NCBI RefSeq assembly: GCF_006345805.1
Contig: NC_042998.1
Span: 84,940,001 to 85,004,000, forward strand
DNA from: Octopus sinensis
Lineage: Eukaryota
Length of the DNA stretch: 64,000 bases
Direction: 5' to 3'
In this document: positions 11,140 to 22,613 of the stretch, piece after piece
Position numbering within the stretch: the stretch's first letter is position 1
Layout: every line of letters begins with the position of its first letter
The notes under the pieces: model-generated
Seen by the model: only the letters and a program-made list of their open reading frames with translations
What the model was told of the DNA's origin: nothing
The model's database searches: none
Program-made: the position numbers and the translations under genes

Positions 11140-14100
11140 TCTGTGAAACTCATTGAAATTTCTATGAACATTTGAACATTTGATCATTTAAATATGTTTG
11201 TCTGATTTTTACCTTGTAGCTTTAAACTCTCCTAAACCCTTTATTTATATATTTGTATATTTGTACCATTGATAAGCAAAAACCCGTCAAAACCGGTTTG
11301 GTATTTGAATAGTTCTATTACAAAATTTAAAAACGACTACAAGTTTTGAGATTCAAGTGCATTTTCAAAGCCCAAAACAAATTATATATTTATCTACCAT
11401 GCAAGGTACGAAAATGACCCTCAAACACAAGCAACAGAAGAACACGACACTCGACAAAGTCCTGTGCGAACTCCAAGTCATCAACTCAAAACTCAATAAA
11501 ACGCACTGCGACTCCAAAGAAATATGCCCGGAATAAGGACAATCCTTACAGACAGAAACCCTCGGAAAAAATCTGTAAAAATTTTGGAACCTCATTTATA
11601 CATAAATTAGAAAATAATCCGAATCCTGAAACAGGAAAAAACATCAACTGTTAACAGCCTTCCCATATCAAGAAAGCTTTGCTCCAAGTATGGGCCCAAA
11701 ACTGCAAAAGTCGTAAATTCGCTTTCTGGTTCATGATCAGAAACAATAGCAAAGCAGGGATATAAGAAAGATGGCTCAACTGAACTCCCCATATTCTCTC
11801 CAGAAAGCTTCAAATTAAAGCCATCCCAAGTGAACCAGAAAAACAAAGGGAACTTAAGGAAAAATGGTTCTGGAGAACTTCAAAATGGAGATAGAACTCC
11901 TGAAACTCAGGGCTCAGTCTCATCAAGAAAAATTAAATTCAATTGATAAAGAGATGCAGGTTGAAATTGCGAGAAAAGCTTAAGGGCAACTTTTTGACAA
12001 CACAATCTTTCCTCTGGAAAAGCTGTGAAAACAAGGAAGTGATTTCTCTTCAAACACGGGAGGGGGAAAAAAACGATTGGTTTGAGGAAAAGTTTAAAGA
12101 AGAATATCAATATTTCTTGAAGAAAATAAAGAATCACGAATCCCATGCAACCAGAGCAAAGTTACTACGAGAAAAAAAAAACTCAAACAAAGAATAACCA
12201 ATACCATCTCCAGGGCACCAGCGAATATCAACCCAAATATCCATCATTAACACAAAGTGGGAAATTCCAATGCACCCTTCTCCGCAAGACAAAATACCCC
12301 TCTTCAAAGATACAGAAACCTCTCTCACCCCATGAAACCCCCACATCCCAGACATAACATCTCTCGGAATAACTATTTCGGACAGGAACAAATGAAAGAC
12401 AGGCACTCTCCGTGTTCGAGACACATCCGATGTAATGATGACTTTAGACAAGACCAAAGAAGAAATAGGAACCTCCCATGCTCGAGAACATTTTCCACAT
12501 TGACCATTCGTCCAAACCACAAGATATAACCATTACAACCCTAGACAGAACCGACCGCAACCGAGAACTCACTAAAGATCAAAGATTAACGGAAAGACAA
12601 TCAACAAGAACACTAATTCCATACATCAAAAACCAAACAACCATTTTTTAGGCAAGCTGGGCCAAAACCGGGACACTCGATGGCGCCTACTAAATATAAG
12701 ATCCCGAAGATTATAAATTTCTCTCATAAAACCCTATCAAGCCAACAAATTAAAATTCTCTTAAAAGGACTGAAGTTCACTCCAACACCACAAAAATCGA
12801 ATTTAAATGAGATACAGAATAATATTTAGGAATTCTGTAGAAAACTTCGAGTTACCTCAGAACTATTTGATAAAGAAATTGATTATTCGATGCTACACAG
12901 TAAAACCACTACTGTCCGACAAAAGGGAGAAACCAAACTCTAAATAAATTTTGTGATTTGGCATCCAATTTCTCCTATAATTTACTCCCACCTCGAAAAT
13001 TTAAAACAAATACAAGCCGAGAAGAATCGCTAATATTCTCAAGGATGATCAAAATATAGTTATAAAAGGAGCTGATAAAGGAATGCTATAGCCGTCATGG
13101 ACTCAGAACCATACATAAACGCTACTCTAATCTTCCTTCAATACAATACCTACTACGAAAAAATCAACAACTACAGTCAATCCAAAATAATGGCAAAGCT
13201 TACCACCCTTTTCCATTAGCTCCAACAAGATTTAACGGAAAAGGAAAGGGATTACTTAGCTAGATTTGACTGCAAAACCAATAACTTTTACGGATATCCA
13301 AAAATCCACAGCAGTGAAGCCATAAAGCCGTAGCAGATCAACTTATTTAGTCACAAATATTCCACACTCAAGAGATCTAAAAATGAAGCCAATTGTGGCC
13401 AGTCCCTTGTGTGAGACACACAGATTCAGTAACTTCATTGACATCCTCCTAAAACCTGGATATTTAAAACAATCTCCCGAGCAAAACTAGCATAGACTCT
13501 CTTTTGGTCTCATTCGATGTAATAAGCATCTACACTTCGATTCTTCACAATACGGAATAGCAGCTGTACAATTCTGGCTGGAAAAATTTCCAAATGGCAT
13601 TCCTGACCGAATTGGAAGATGATTTATAACTCAGGGACTAAAATTCATCCTACTGAATAACTTTTTTAACTTCAACGAAAATACATTCAGGCAAAACTCT
13701 GGGACAGCGATGGGAACGTGGGTAGCCCCTACTTTTGCTAACCATATCATGGCATACTTGGAGGTCCAAATATACGAACACGCCAGAGTGAAATTTGGTG
13801 ACGACTTCCAAAAGTAGTTACTCGCCAACTGAAAACGTTAACTGAACGATTGTTTCAGTCTGTGGTTGCACAACCTTGATCAACTCTTGGAATTTAAAAA
13901 CTTTAACAACATTAACCACAATATCCAATTTTCAATGGAATACAGTCACATACAGCTACCCTTTCTGGTCATTTTAACCATAAAGTGAGTTACTATCATT
14001 ACCAGCGGACTCAAAACACTATCTACTATTCTCTTCCTGCCACTCAAAACACACTAAAATCGATATACCTTTTAACTTGGCAAGAAGAGTTTGCACGATT

Positions 14101-14926
14101 ACATCAAATCTCGAAACACGCGATAAACGACCCCAAGAACTTAAAAATATATTACTAGAAAGAAAATACCCGGTTAGTTTAATCGAAAACGGAGTAGAAC
14201 GTGCAAAAACGTTAGACATCCAAGAATTACGAAAAACAAGAAAACTCCCTGACATACTTAAAACTTTGTCTTAGGTATCAACACACAATCCAAGGAACAT
14301 GGAAACATACAGCATCATCCATCGGAATATACCCCTCCTGCTGAACGACCTACGAATGAAAAAGTGCTCGAGGCACATAAAATTAATAAAAATAAGACAA
14401 TCCAGATCTCTAAAAAGGTTACTGACCAGCGCTAAATTATCCCCCCAAAATGCAACCCTACTAATAAAAAAATGCAACCGCCCTAACTACGGAACCTGCA
14501 TCAACTTTATGGAAGGTTCAACATATAAATTTAAGTCAGGCCAAATATTCACCAGAAAAATCACTTCACTTGTGCATGGAAGAACCTAATCTATGTTCTC
14601 AAATGTGGTGGATGTGGTGGGGACTACATAGGTCAAACGAGCTTGACCTTGAGGGACAGACTGACGGTACACATGCAACAGATCCGGGATCCCCCGACCA
14701 GGAAAATTCCCGTTAGCAAACACTTAGATCAATGCCCCGCAGACATAAATCCGAAATACTAGATTTTCCCTCTTTATCAATGTACCGGAAACACTTCAAC
14801 CCAATTCCAATTGATTCAGTAAAGCATGTTCATTAAAAAATACAAACTGCAGCTAAATATCTTATGATAACACATCAGAAAGTGAAAACTCAATTTATTC
14901 ACGAAAAACGACCAGAGACAACATAT
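11140..14926 (+). mobile_element. Near full-length but dead Penelope-like element (Neptune-type): 5' pLTR, RT, thumb and GIY-YIG
   Basis: Motifs in order: IINFSHKTLSSQQIKILLKGLKFTPTP; IVIKGADKG; RQNSGTAMGTWVAPTFANHIMAYLE; LARRVCTITSN; CNRPNYGTC; NLIYVLKCGGCGGDYIGQT. Many stops and frameshifts; catalytic DD degraded. Confidence 0.9.
11265..11302 (+). ncRNA. Degenerate minimal hammerhead ribozyme in the 5' pLTR of the Neptune-like PLE
   Basis: ACCA-TTGATAA-GC..GTC-AAA-ACCGGT-T-TGGT: stem I ACCA/TGGT, palindromic stem III ACCGGT; core differs from CUGAUGA/GAAA/GUC by C>T and G>A changes. Confidence 0.5.
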
Positions 14927-15321
14927 ACTCTTTACTCTTTACTCTTTTACTCTTTTACTTGTTTCAGTCATTTGACTGCGGCCATGCTGGAGCACCGCCT
15001 TTAGTCGAGCAAATCGACCCCGGGACTTATTCTTTGTAAGCCCAGTACTTATTCTATCGGTCTCTTTTTGCCGAACCGCTAAGTGACGGGGACGTAAACA
15101 CACCAGCATCGGGGACAAACACAGACACACAAACACACACACACATATATATATACATATATACGACAGGCTTCTTTCAGTTTCCGTCTACCAAATCCAC
15201 TCACAAGGCATTGGTCGGCCCGGGGCTATAGCAGAAGACACTTGCCCAAGATGCCACGCAGTGGGACTGAACCCGGAACCATGTGGCTGGTTAGCAAGCT
15301 ACTTACCACACAGCCACTCCT
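14927..15321 (-). mobile_element. SINE family A copy
   Basis: Similarity to 6606..7019. Confidence 0.9.
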
Positions 15322-15518
15322 ATAATTCGAAAAGTTTAATTAACAGGTTTCCCCAGGGATTCGAAACCCTAACTCCAAATTGCTATACAATAACACCATA
15401 CACCTTCTCAAACACCAGTTGTTGACGTCACCTCAGACAAAACAAACTTTTCTCTGGTTAGAACCGGACTCTCAGAAAAAACACTAAAACAAATAGTGAC
15501 TTTCTAAGAGAGTTAAGG

Positions 15519-16675
15519 ATGTTCAGCTATGCATAACTTGCAACGCTTCGTCCCATTGATGTAGGTACCTGGGTTCTCGAGGATTTTCCATAAGATCGAG
15601 TATGGAATCCCATCTTCTCTCAGTTGCCAGATGTGGTTGGCAAGTGATGTTACGTATCTCCTTTCCGGAACTCTGAAGGAGAACCTGTGGTTGGAGAGAC
15701 GTTGCTTGAAAGTGTTCCCGGAATATTCGATGTATCTCCGTGGGTGTATGTTGTCGGTGCTGTATCTACTGGAGTTGATGTTGTTGCTGCCGCCGATATC
15801 ATTGTTCTTGGGGGCTGAGACTGCTGGTGTTGGCGTCGGTAATGGTATCGTCACTGCCGGTTATGGTAGAGGCGCTGTTGTTGTTATTGCAGTCTTCGTC
15901 ATTGGTGGGAGAGTTGCCATTGCTGCTAGAGGTATCATTGGTTGTGGTTCCGCTGGTATTTCTGCTAGGGCTACTGTCACTACTGCCGCTGTTGCCATTG
16001 CTGCCATTATTGCCGTTATTGCTGGCGGTAACATTGGTCCTGTTACTGCTACTATAGGGATTGTCAAGTCTGCTACGATGGACGTTAGGGAAACTGTTGG
16101 TAATGCTGTGCTGATGGCGATGCTGCTGTTGTTGTTACTGCTGACGTCTGGGGAACTGCCAATGCTGCCGCTGGTGATGTTATTGTTGTTAACTGTGGCG
16201 ATGGTGGCGGTGTTGTTGGTTCCGTTTTTGTATCTACGGATGCTACTGTTTCTACCGGTGGTTTCGCCGGTGTTTGCTAGTACTTCGGCTTTATAAACGA
16301 CTCCTTTGATTTCGCAGTGGCTTTCCACCGGGCATCTGTTGCCTCTTCTTGTGGCCTAGGGGTGCTAACTAGGATGCTCTTAATATTAGGGGCACAGCTA
16401 AACGAGAATTTAACGTTGTGACTGTTGAAAATGGGCCCGTACCTATGGGAACTAGTGAAATACTTATCTATTAATTTATTCTATCTACGGGCGTTTTTGT
16501 GTTGAGAGAAGTGGTGGTGGAGGGGGCAACCCAAATGGTATTTCTGCGGCGCTTCCTTCTGCGGTTATTGGATTCCAGCATGTAGGAGATGTGGTCCTTA
16601 AATCCGCTGACATAGTACGGGGCCGCTGCGTCGAAAATTTCTTGGTTAGAGGAAAGGTCCAAGATGGAAAGGTTC
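15519..16675 (-). pseudogene. Penelope/Poseidon-type PLE fragment (thumb, linker, GIY-YIG), inverted segment
   Basis: DLSSNQEIFDAAAPYY..RRRKRRRNTIW; KLIDKYF..IFNSHNVKFSFSCAPNIKSI; CPVESHC..GVVYKAEV; YIEYSGNTFKQRLSNHRFSF..TSLANHIWQLR..ILWKIL..GTKRCKLCIAE. Confidence 0.85.
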
Positions 16676-17023
16676 GGGACGAAGCGTTGCAAGTTATGCA
16701 TAGCTGAACGCGCGAGAATCTTAAAGGACTCACTCGAACCAGGGAACATCCTTAACGCCAGAACGGAAATTTTCGGACCATATTTATATTTCAGGAAGTT
16801 CCTGCGAGCTTTTATAGCCCACAAGATGGCGGTACAGCCGGAAGTCGATAGCCAATGGCAAAGCGAGATAATCCCCAATTGTTGCCTTTGAGTAGTGAGG
16901 CATTGCCTCCTCCATATTTTTAAGAGGTCTTGGGCCAAAAGGTATTGAGATCTGACGATACGCCATAAAGCTAAACCCTTTATGGATGGGAAACATAAAG
17001 CAATCCCATAAACCGGCTCTCCT

Positions 17024-17026
<3 letters not shown>
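16676..17026 (+). mobile_element. 3' end of the same PLE (GIY-YIG C-terminus and 3' UTR) in the opposite orientation
   Basis: GTKRCKLCIAERARILKDSLEPGNILNARTEIFG..RKF continues exactly where the minus-strand ORF stops; 34-bp perfect inverted overlap 15521..15554 / 16676..16709. Confidence 0.8.
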
Positions 17027-17075
<49 letters not shown>

Positions 17076-17344
17076 TAACAGAGCAAACTTACTCAGACTA
17101 CATAGACTCAAATAATTAGAAGGTAGATGTTTGACAGCTGTATCTGAGGGCTCGAAGTTACTTCACAATGTTGGCAGATGTAGTTCATAAGAAATTTGCA
17201 GCCAGTAATAAAGATTAGTAAAATCTGGGGTCTCCTTCATCAGGGTGGACACACATACACGCGCGCGCGGGTTTATATATATCCATTTTCTGTGTTTTTT
17301 CTACTAAAGAAATAAGACAAAATGCATACTGGCATTTCTTCTGA

Positions 17345-17492
17345 CTTTACTGAATTCAAACTCTGCCGAGGTCGACTCTGCCTTTCATTATTTCAGTGTC
17401 GATAAATTAAGTACCAGTGAAACACTAGGAGAGATGTATTCGCCTAGTCCTCTCCTTCTAGATTTCAGAAATTGTGCTTTTAGTAGAAAGGC
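17345..17492 (+). mobile_element. SINE family B, partial
   Basis: GAATTCAAACTCTGCCGAGGTCGACTCTGCCTTTCA...TAGTAGAAAGG. Confidence 0.75.
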
Positions 17493-17514
17493 TTATTATT
17501 ATTATTATTATTAA

Positions 17515-17992
17515 AAACGTCGCACAGTATACAATATCGTGAGGTTGTTGATTAAAGATATTGGGTCTACCGGGGGTTTATACTGTCTGTCAAGTCACAA
17601 GAAGAACCTCAAACAGACAATATTTTATGTAATATGCATGCAGTTCCAAGTAATGCCGATTTTTGCAATACACCTAGATTCTAAAGTTTCCAGGTGTTTT
17701 TACAGGCTTGGAGGTATTGAGCCCAGTGCTCTGATGACAACAGGGACTCTCGTAGCTGCCACATCTTAACGATTTCCATTCTCAGGTCTCCATATTTATC
17801 AATCTTTTCTCTTTCTTTCGTGATAATATGTTGATCTCCTGAGACGGCCAAGTCGATTATTAGACACTCTTGTTTGTCCCTCCTAAAGGTTACTATATCC
17901 GGCCGTCGGTGATCTGACATTTTGTCTGTTTGGAAGTCAAAGTCCCAGAGGCTTTTTACCCTCTCCTTTTCATCCATTACCTTTTCCGGTGT
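17515..17992 (-). mobile_element. 5'-truncated R4/Dong-like REL fragment with (TAA)n tail
   Basis: KSLWDFDFQTDKMSDHRRPDIV..CLIIDLAVSGD..EREKIDKYGDLRMEI; ends in TAATAATAA on the minus strand. Confidence 0.8.
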
Positions 17993-18065
17993 ATGTGTGT
18001 ATGTGTATGTATTATGTATGTATGTATGTATGTATGTATGTATGTATGTATGTATGTATGTATGG

Positions 18066-18098
<33 letters not shown>

Positions 18099-18427
18099 GT
18101 TGTTGTTGTTGTTGTTGTTGTTATTTTCGTATACACACGACAGATTAAACTGTTGGAAAAGAAAAAAATCTTAACATTGGGCTAGAACTAGTAACCTTAT
18201 TGTTATTATTATTATCATCATCATCATAATCATCATCATCATCATCATCATCTTCATCATCATTATTATTATATTTGAAAAGAAAAGATAGTCATTGAAA
18301 AGATCACAGAATGTATGACGAAACAACTCTGACAGATAAACTACTAACGTTAGTAATAAAACTAAAGTGACGATCATCTAAATAGGAGAGGTGTTTATTG
18401 TCAAAGTGACCGTCCCCAAATATAACA

Positions 18428-18478
<51 letters not shown>

Positions 18479-18833
18479 CACGCACGCACACACACACGTC
18501 AGTAAAAGGCAGATAAACACACGTAGGCTTTATGAGTTTAACTATTAATACGTGGAGTACAATGTAAACAAAGGGTGTTAAGTAATCGTCTTATCTTGTC
18601 ACCTCTCCTGCGTGTGTCTGTGTCTGTACTTACCAACTTAGATAAACTTAGATAAACTTAGATACGTTTTGGCCAAAACTTGCCCAGGCCATGTCTAACT
18701 TAACATTATCAGATAAAATTTGTCATTCTAAAATCAAGTTTTGCTGTATCCTGGCCTATTTAAGTGGAGGTTTGTTGTTGACTGAGATGTATTCAGATAT
18801 AAGTGACTTGTCTGTTTTACTTGGAGAAATTTT

Positions 18834-19538
18834 GGATCTTTACCTTTTGACCTACAGATTTAAAAAATAATGTTTTGTAACTAAACACTTTCAAACTTCG
18901 AACACTGGTAGAATGTGTCATATAAAACATCTTTTACTCTTAGCGTTTTTGAGAAAAGCTTATATTTACGAAGTTATTCCACGTTAAAGTTGTAGTATTT
19001 CGGTAATTTCAACCAATCAATGACGTGTATTCAGCTGAATAAAATTACTGCTGTTGTTTGTCAACAACAACTATCGGCGGTGTATATTTCGTTTGCTACT
19101 GTTATTTATGACAACCTTAACCCTAAAACCCTAACCCTAACCCTAAAGCCCTAACCATAAACCCTAACTCTAATCCGAAAACCCTAACCCTAACACTAAC
19201 ACACTAACCCTAACCCTAAAACCTTAAAGCTAAAACCAGTACAAACGCACGAACGATGTCATAAATAACAGTTGACAAACGAAAAATACACCGCCGATAG
19301 TTGTTGTTGACAAACAACAGCAGTAATTTTATTCAGCTGAATACACGTCATTGATTGGTTGAAATTACCGAAATACTACAACTTTAACGTGAAATAACTT
19401 AGTAAATATAAGCTTTTCTCAAAAATGCTAAGAGTAAAAGATGTTTTATATGACAACATTCTACCAGTGTCCGAAGTTTGAAAGTGTTTAGTTACAAAAA
19501 ATTATTTTTTAAATCTGTAGGTCAAAAGGTAAAGATCC
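18834..19538. mobile_element. Foldback/MITE-like element with ~280-bp inverted arms around a telomere-like core
   Basis: Arms 18834..19113 and 19257..19538 are near-perfect reverse complements (GGATCTTTACCTTTTGACCTACAG... / ...CTGTAGGTCAAAAGGTAAAGATCC). Confidence 0.85.
19117..19237 (+). repeat. Degenerate (TAACCC)n telomere-like array
   Basis: TTAACCCTAAAACCCTAACCCTAACCCTAAAGCCCTAACC... Confidence 0.85.
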
Positions 19539-20195
19539 GAATTTTTTTCCTGATATCTTTTGTCGATGATGGCATCTTTGTCTTTATTATGTTTTGGAAT
19601 GATGTTAAATAGAGCAGCAATTGCGTTGCAATGTGGTTATGTGCTGTGAGCATAAATTGTGGACGAGACATATGCGTGGATCCCCAACCTTGAATGAATT
19701 CTGAATTTGATGTTAAAATTGCTTGGGCATTACTGGTGGTATATTCTTTACGTTGTGCAAATGATGTAGCGCTCACAATGGCGTTGGAGAGAATAAAATT
19801 TTAAAGTTTGAAGGTAATGCCAATAATCGAGATCAATCATACATATTCTCACAATGCTTTTGTTTGATATAGGCAGACCACATAGGGTAACATTGTTTTT
19901 GTGTGACTGTACAATGGAGGAGAAAACGAAATGATGACATCTGGCTCCCTGATCAGAAAATTCTGAAGATCCAAAAGCTCATGCTCTTGCGATATGTATA
20001 ATACTATATATATATATATATATATAGGCATGGTTTCATCCAAGGAATGATATTGTGCTCATTTCACATTAATGTAAATTTAATGTTGAGCATTAATTGA
20101 AACGGGTGTAAGTGAAGATGACCAATTTGGTGTTAATAATAAACAATTATTAAGTTCCAAATATCCATTTTCTTTTCTTCTTTTATATATATATA

Positions 20196-20638
20196 TTCTT
20201 TTATTCTTTTGTTTGTTTCAGTCATTTGACTGCGGCCATGCTGGAGCACCACCTTTAGTCGAACAAATCGACTCAAGGACTTATTCTTTGTAAGTCTAGT
20301 ACTTATTCTATCGGACTGTTTTGCCGAACCGCTAAGTTACGTGGACGTAAACACACCAACATCGGTTGTCAGGCGATAGTGGGGGTCGTACACAAACACA
20401 TACACATACACACGCACGCACACACACACACACACACACACATACACACACGCACACACACACACACACACATACCGGGCTTCTTTCAGTTTCCGTCTAC
20501 CAAATCGACACAAAGCCATGAGGCTATGATCGGCCCCCGAGAATATGGTAGAAGACATTTGCCCAAGGTGCTACGCAGTGGGACGGAACTTGGAACCATG
20601 TGGTTGGTAAGCAAGCTACTTACCACAGAGCCACTCCT
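20196..20638 (-). mobile_element. SINE family A copy
   Basis: Similarity to 6606..7019. Confidence 0.9.
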
Positions 20639-20650
20639 GATATATATATA

Positions 20651-21161
20651 CCGTAAATCCTCGAGTATAATCCGCATTTTTTCCCAAAATTTAAAGGTAA
20701 AAATCCCTTGTATGTACTATATACGAGGTTAAAAATGAAAATTATTTTCTAAGCAATGTCCGAGTCTCTATTTGCTGTCTAGCAATGTTTATTCAGACGC
20801 ATTTTGTGATGTCGGGCGCGAAAATACCTTAAGCTAAGCCTGAAAGCAATGAAGTCATAAAAGAATCATCCATAACTTGCAAAAAGCAACATTTATTAAA
20901 CGTTATTACTGTTATTTCTTTATTTTCTGCAAACAAAATGCACAAAAAAGCTACACGTTTGCATTATGTTATATATACAATAATAATAAAGGACGTTACC
21001 GTATACAGTTTTACAAACCAAGGACTTTAAATAGACCTCTTTGACTCAAGTTAGAGAAGGGGTGCGTATTATACACAAGGTTTTGGTTTTTCAGAGGCAC
21101 AGCCCCCTAAAAATCTCCTGCGTATTATACTCAAGGGCGGACTATACTCGAGGATTTACGG
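20651..21161. mobile_element. Tc1/mariner-superfamily (pogo/Tc2-like) MITE, 511 bp
   Basis: Perfect TIR CCGTAAATCCTCGAGTATA / TATACTCGAGGATTTACGG with TA on both sides; no ORF. Confidence 0.85.
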
Positions 21162-21219
21162 TATACACACACACACACACACACACACACCACACACACA
21201 CACATACACACACACACAC

Positions 21220-21545
21220 AGAGGGTGTTTGGGATAAATCTGACGATTTTTAAAGCCTCCTTTTTTTCAGGAACAGCTTAATGTATTGGTTAACAGTTAA
21301 TGGTATTGGAGAGTATAAAGGTTAAAATTGTGGCCGAGAAAAGATTTTTGAATATTGGTCTCAAATTTTGTCACAAGGACTGCAAGTTCGGGTGAGGGAT
21401 AAGTCGATTACACCAACTGTTGTAATTAACTGTAAGGGACGTATGCAGCAGGTTCCAAGGCGTCATGAGGCCGCTGTTGAAGCTGAGGGCGGCTACGTTG
21501 AATAAACTGTTATCTCCCCACCGTATTCTGCTTGATATTTTTTTT
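21220..21545 (+). mobile_element. Small Tc1/mariner remnant
   Basis: TIR-like CAGAGGGTGTTTGGGATAAAT and C-terminal VCSRFQ/RHEAAVEAEGGYVE*. Confidence 0.5.
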
Positions 21546-22043
21546 AGTCTTTTATAAATACTTTTATATTTGGATAAGATAAACTATTTTCTTTTTATGC
21601 AAACTGTCAAATGTAGCATAGCGCTTTGTACACACACACACACACACACACACAACTATAAAGGTGTATGTATGTACATACATACATATCATCATCATCA
21701 TTATACATATGTATATGTGTGTATTTATGTGTGTTTGTACGTGTGTGTTTGTGTGTATGTGATATAAATTTGACAAGATTACGTTATAGTTATCATGCTG
21801 CTCGACCCCACAACCATTGTCACAATCACCTCTGCTAGCAACACTCCCATTACCACCAACATCGGTTCGCACACATGGTCCAGTTCCTTGTTACGAGTAA
21901 CACAACACAGCTTGGCCGTGAAAGACAGGCACAGAAGAAACAAGCTGTCGTATTCAATAATAAATTCATACAACAGGCACACACATTCATTTTAGATACA
22001 TGTCATGTATGTATGTATGTATGTATGTATGTATGTATGTATG

Positions 22044-22083
<40 letters not shown>

Positions 22084-22222
22084 AATGAGGTAATCAGATC
22101 AGATGGTTCATATTTGTAGATATTTATTTATATATTACATTTTTTACATATATATCATATCATATATATATATATCATATATATATATATGTGTGTGTGT
22201 GTGTGGTGTGTGTGTGTGTGTG

Positions 22223-22254
<32 letters not shown>

Positions 22255-22366
22255 ATGTATGTATGTATGAATATATATGTATGTATGTATGTATATGTAT
22301 GTATACATATATATATATGCATATGGATATATACTATTTATATATATATACATACATACGCACACG

Positions 22367-22402
<36 letters not shown>

Positions 22403-22543
22403 TGTATACATATACACACATACATACATACTTACATACATACATACATACTTACACACATATATACATTACACATATATGTATACATATATACATATAT
22501 ATATGTAGTTATATACATCGATATCTCTCTATATAAATGTAGT

Positions 22544-22611
<68 letters not shown>

Positions 22612-22613
<2 letters not shown>

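Noticed and set aside
15631-16296. 221-aa plus-strand hydrophobic ORF that looks like a membrane protein
   Set aside because: It is the antisense frame of the PLE GIY-YIG region and its triplet-rich insert; the conserved motifs are on the minus strand
16950-17022. Possible hammerhead in the 3' end of the inverted PLE (CTGACGA at ~16952; ATGGGA..TCCCAT-AAACCGGC)
   Set aside because: The core box and stem II/III come from different places and stem I does not pair; too degenerate to call
17128-17240. Minus-strand CTGATGAAGGAG ... GATACAGCTGTC hammerhead-like halves
   Set aside because: About 80 nt of unpaired spacer, GAA is mutated and there is no stem I
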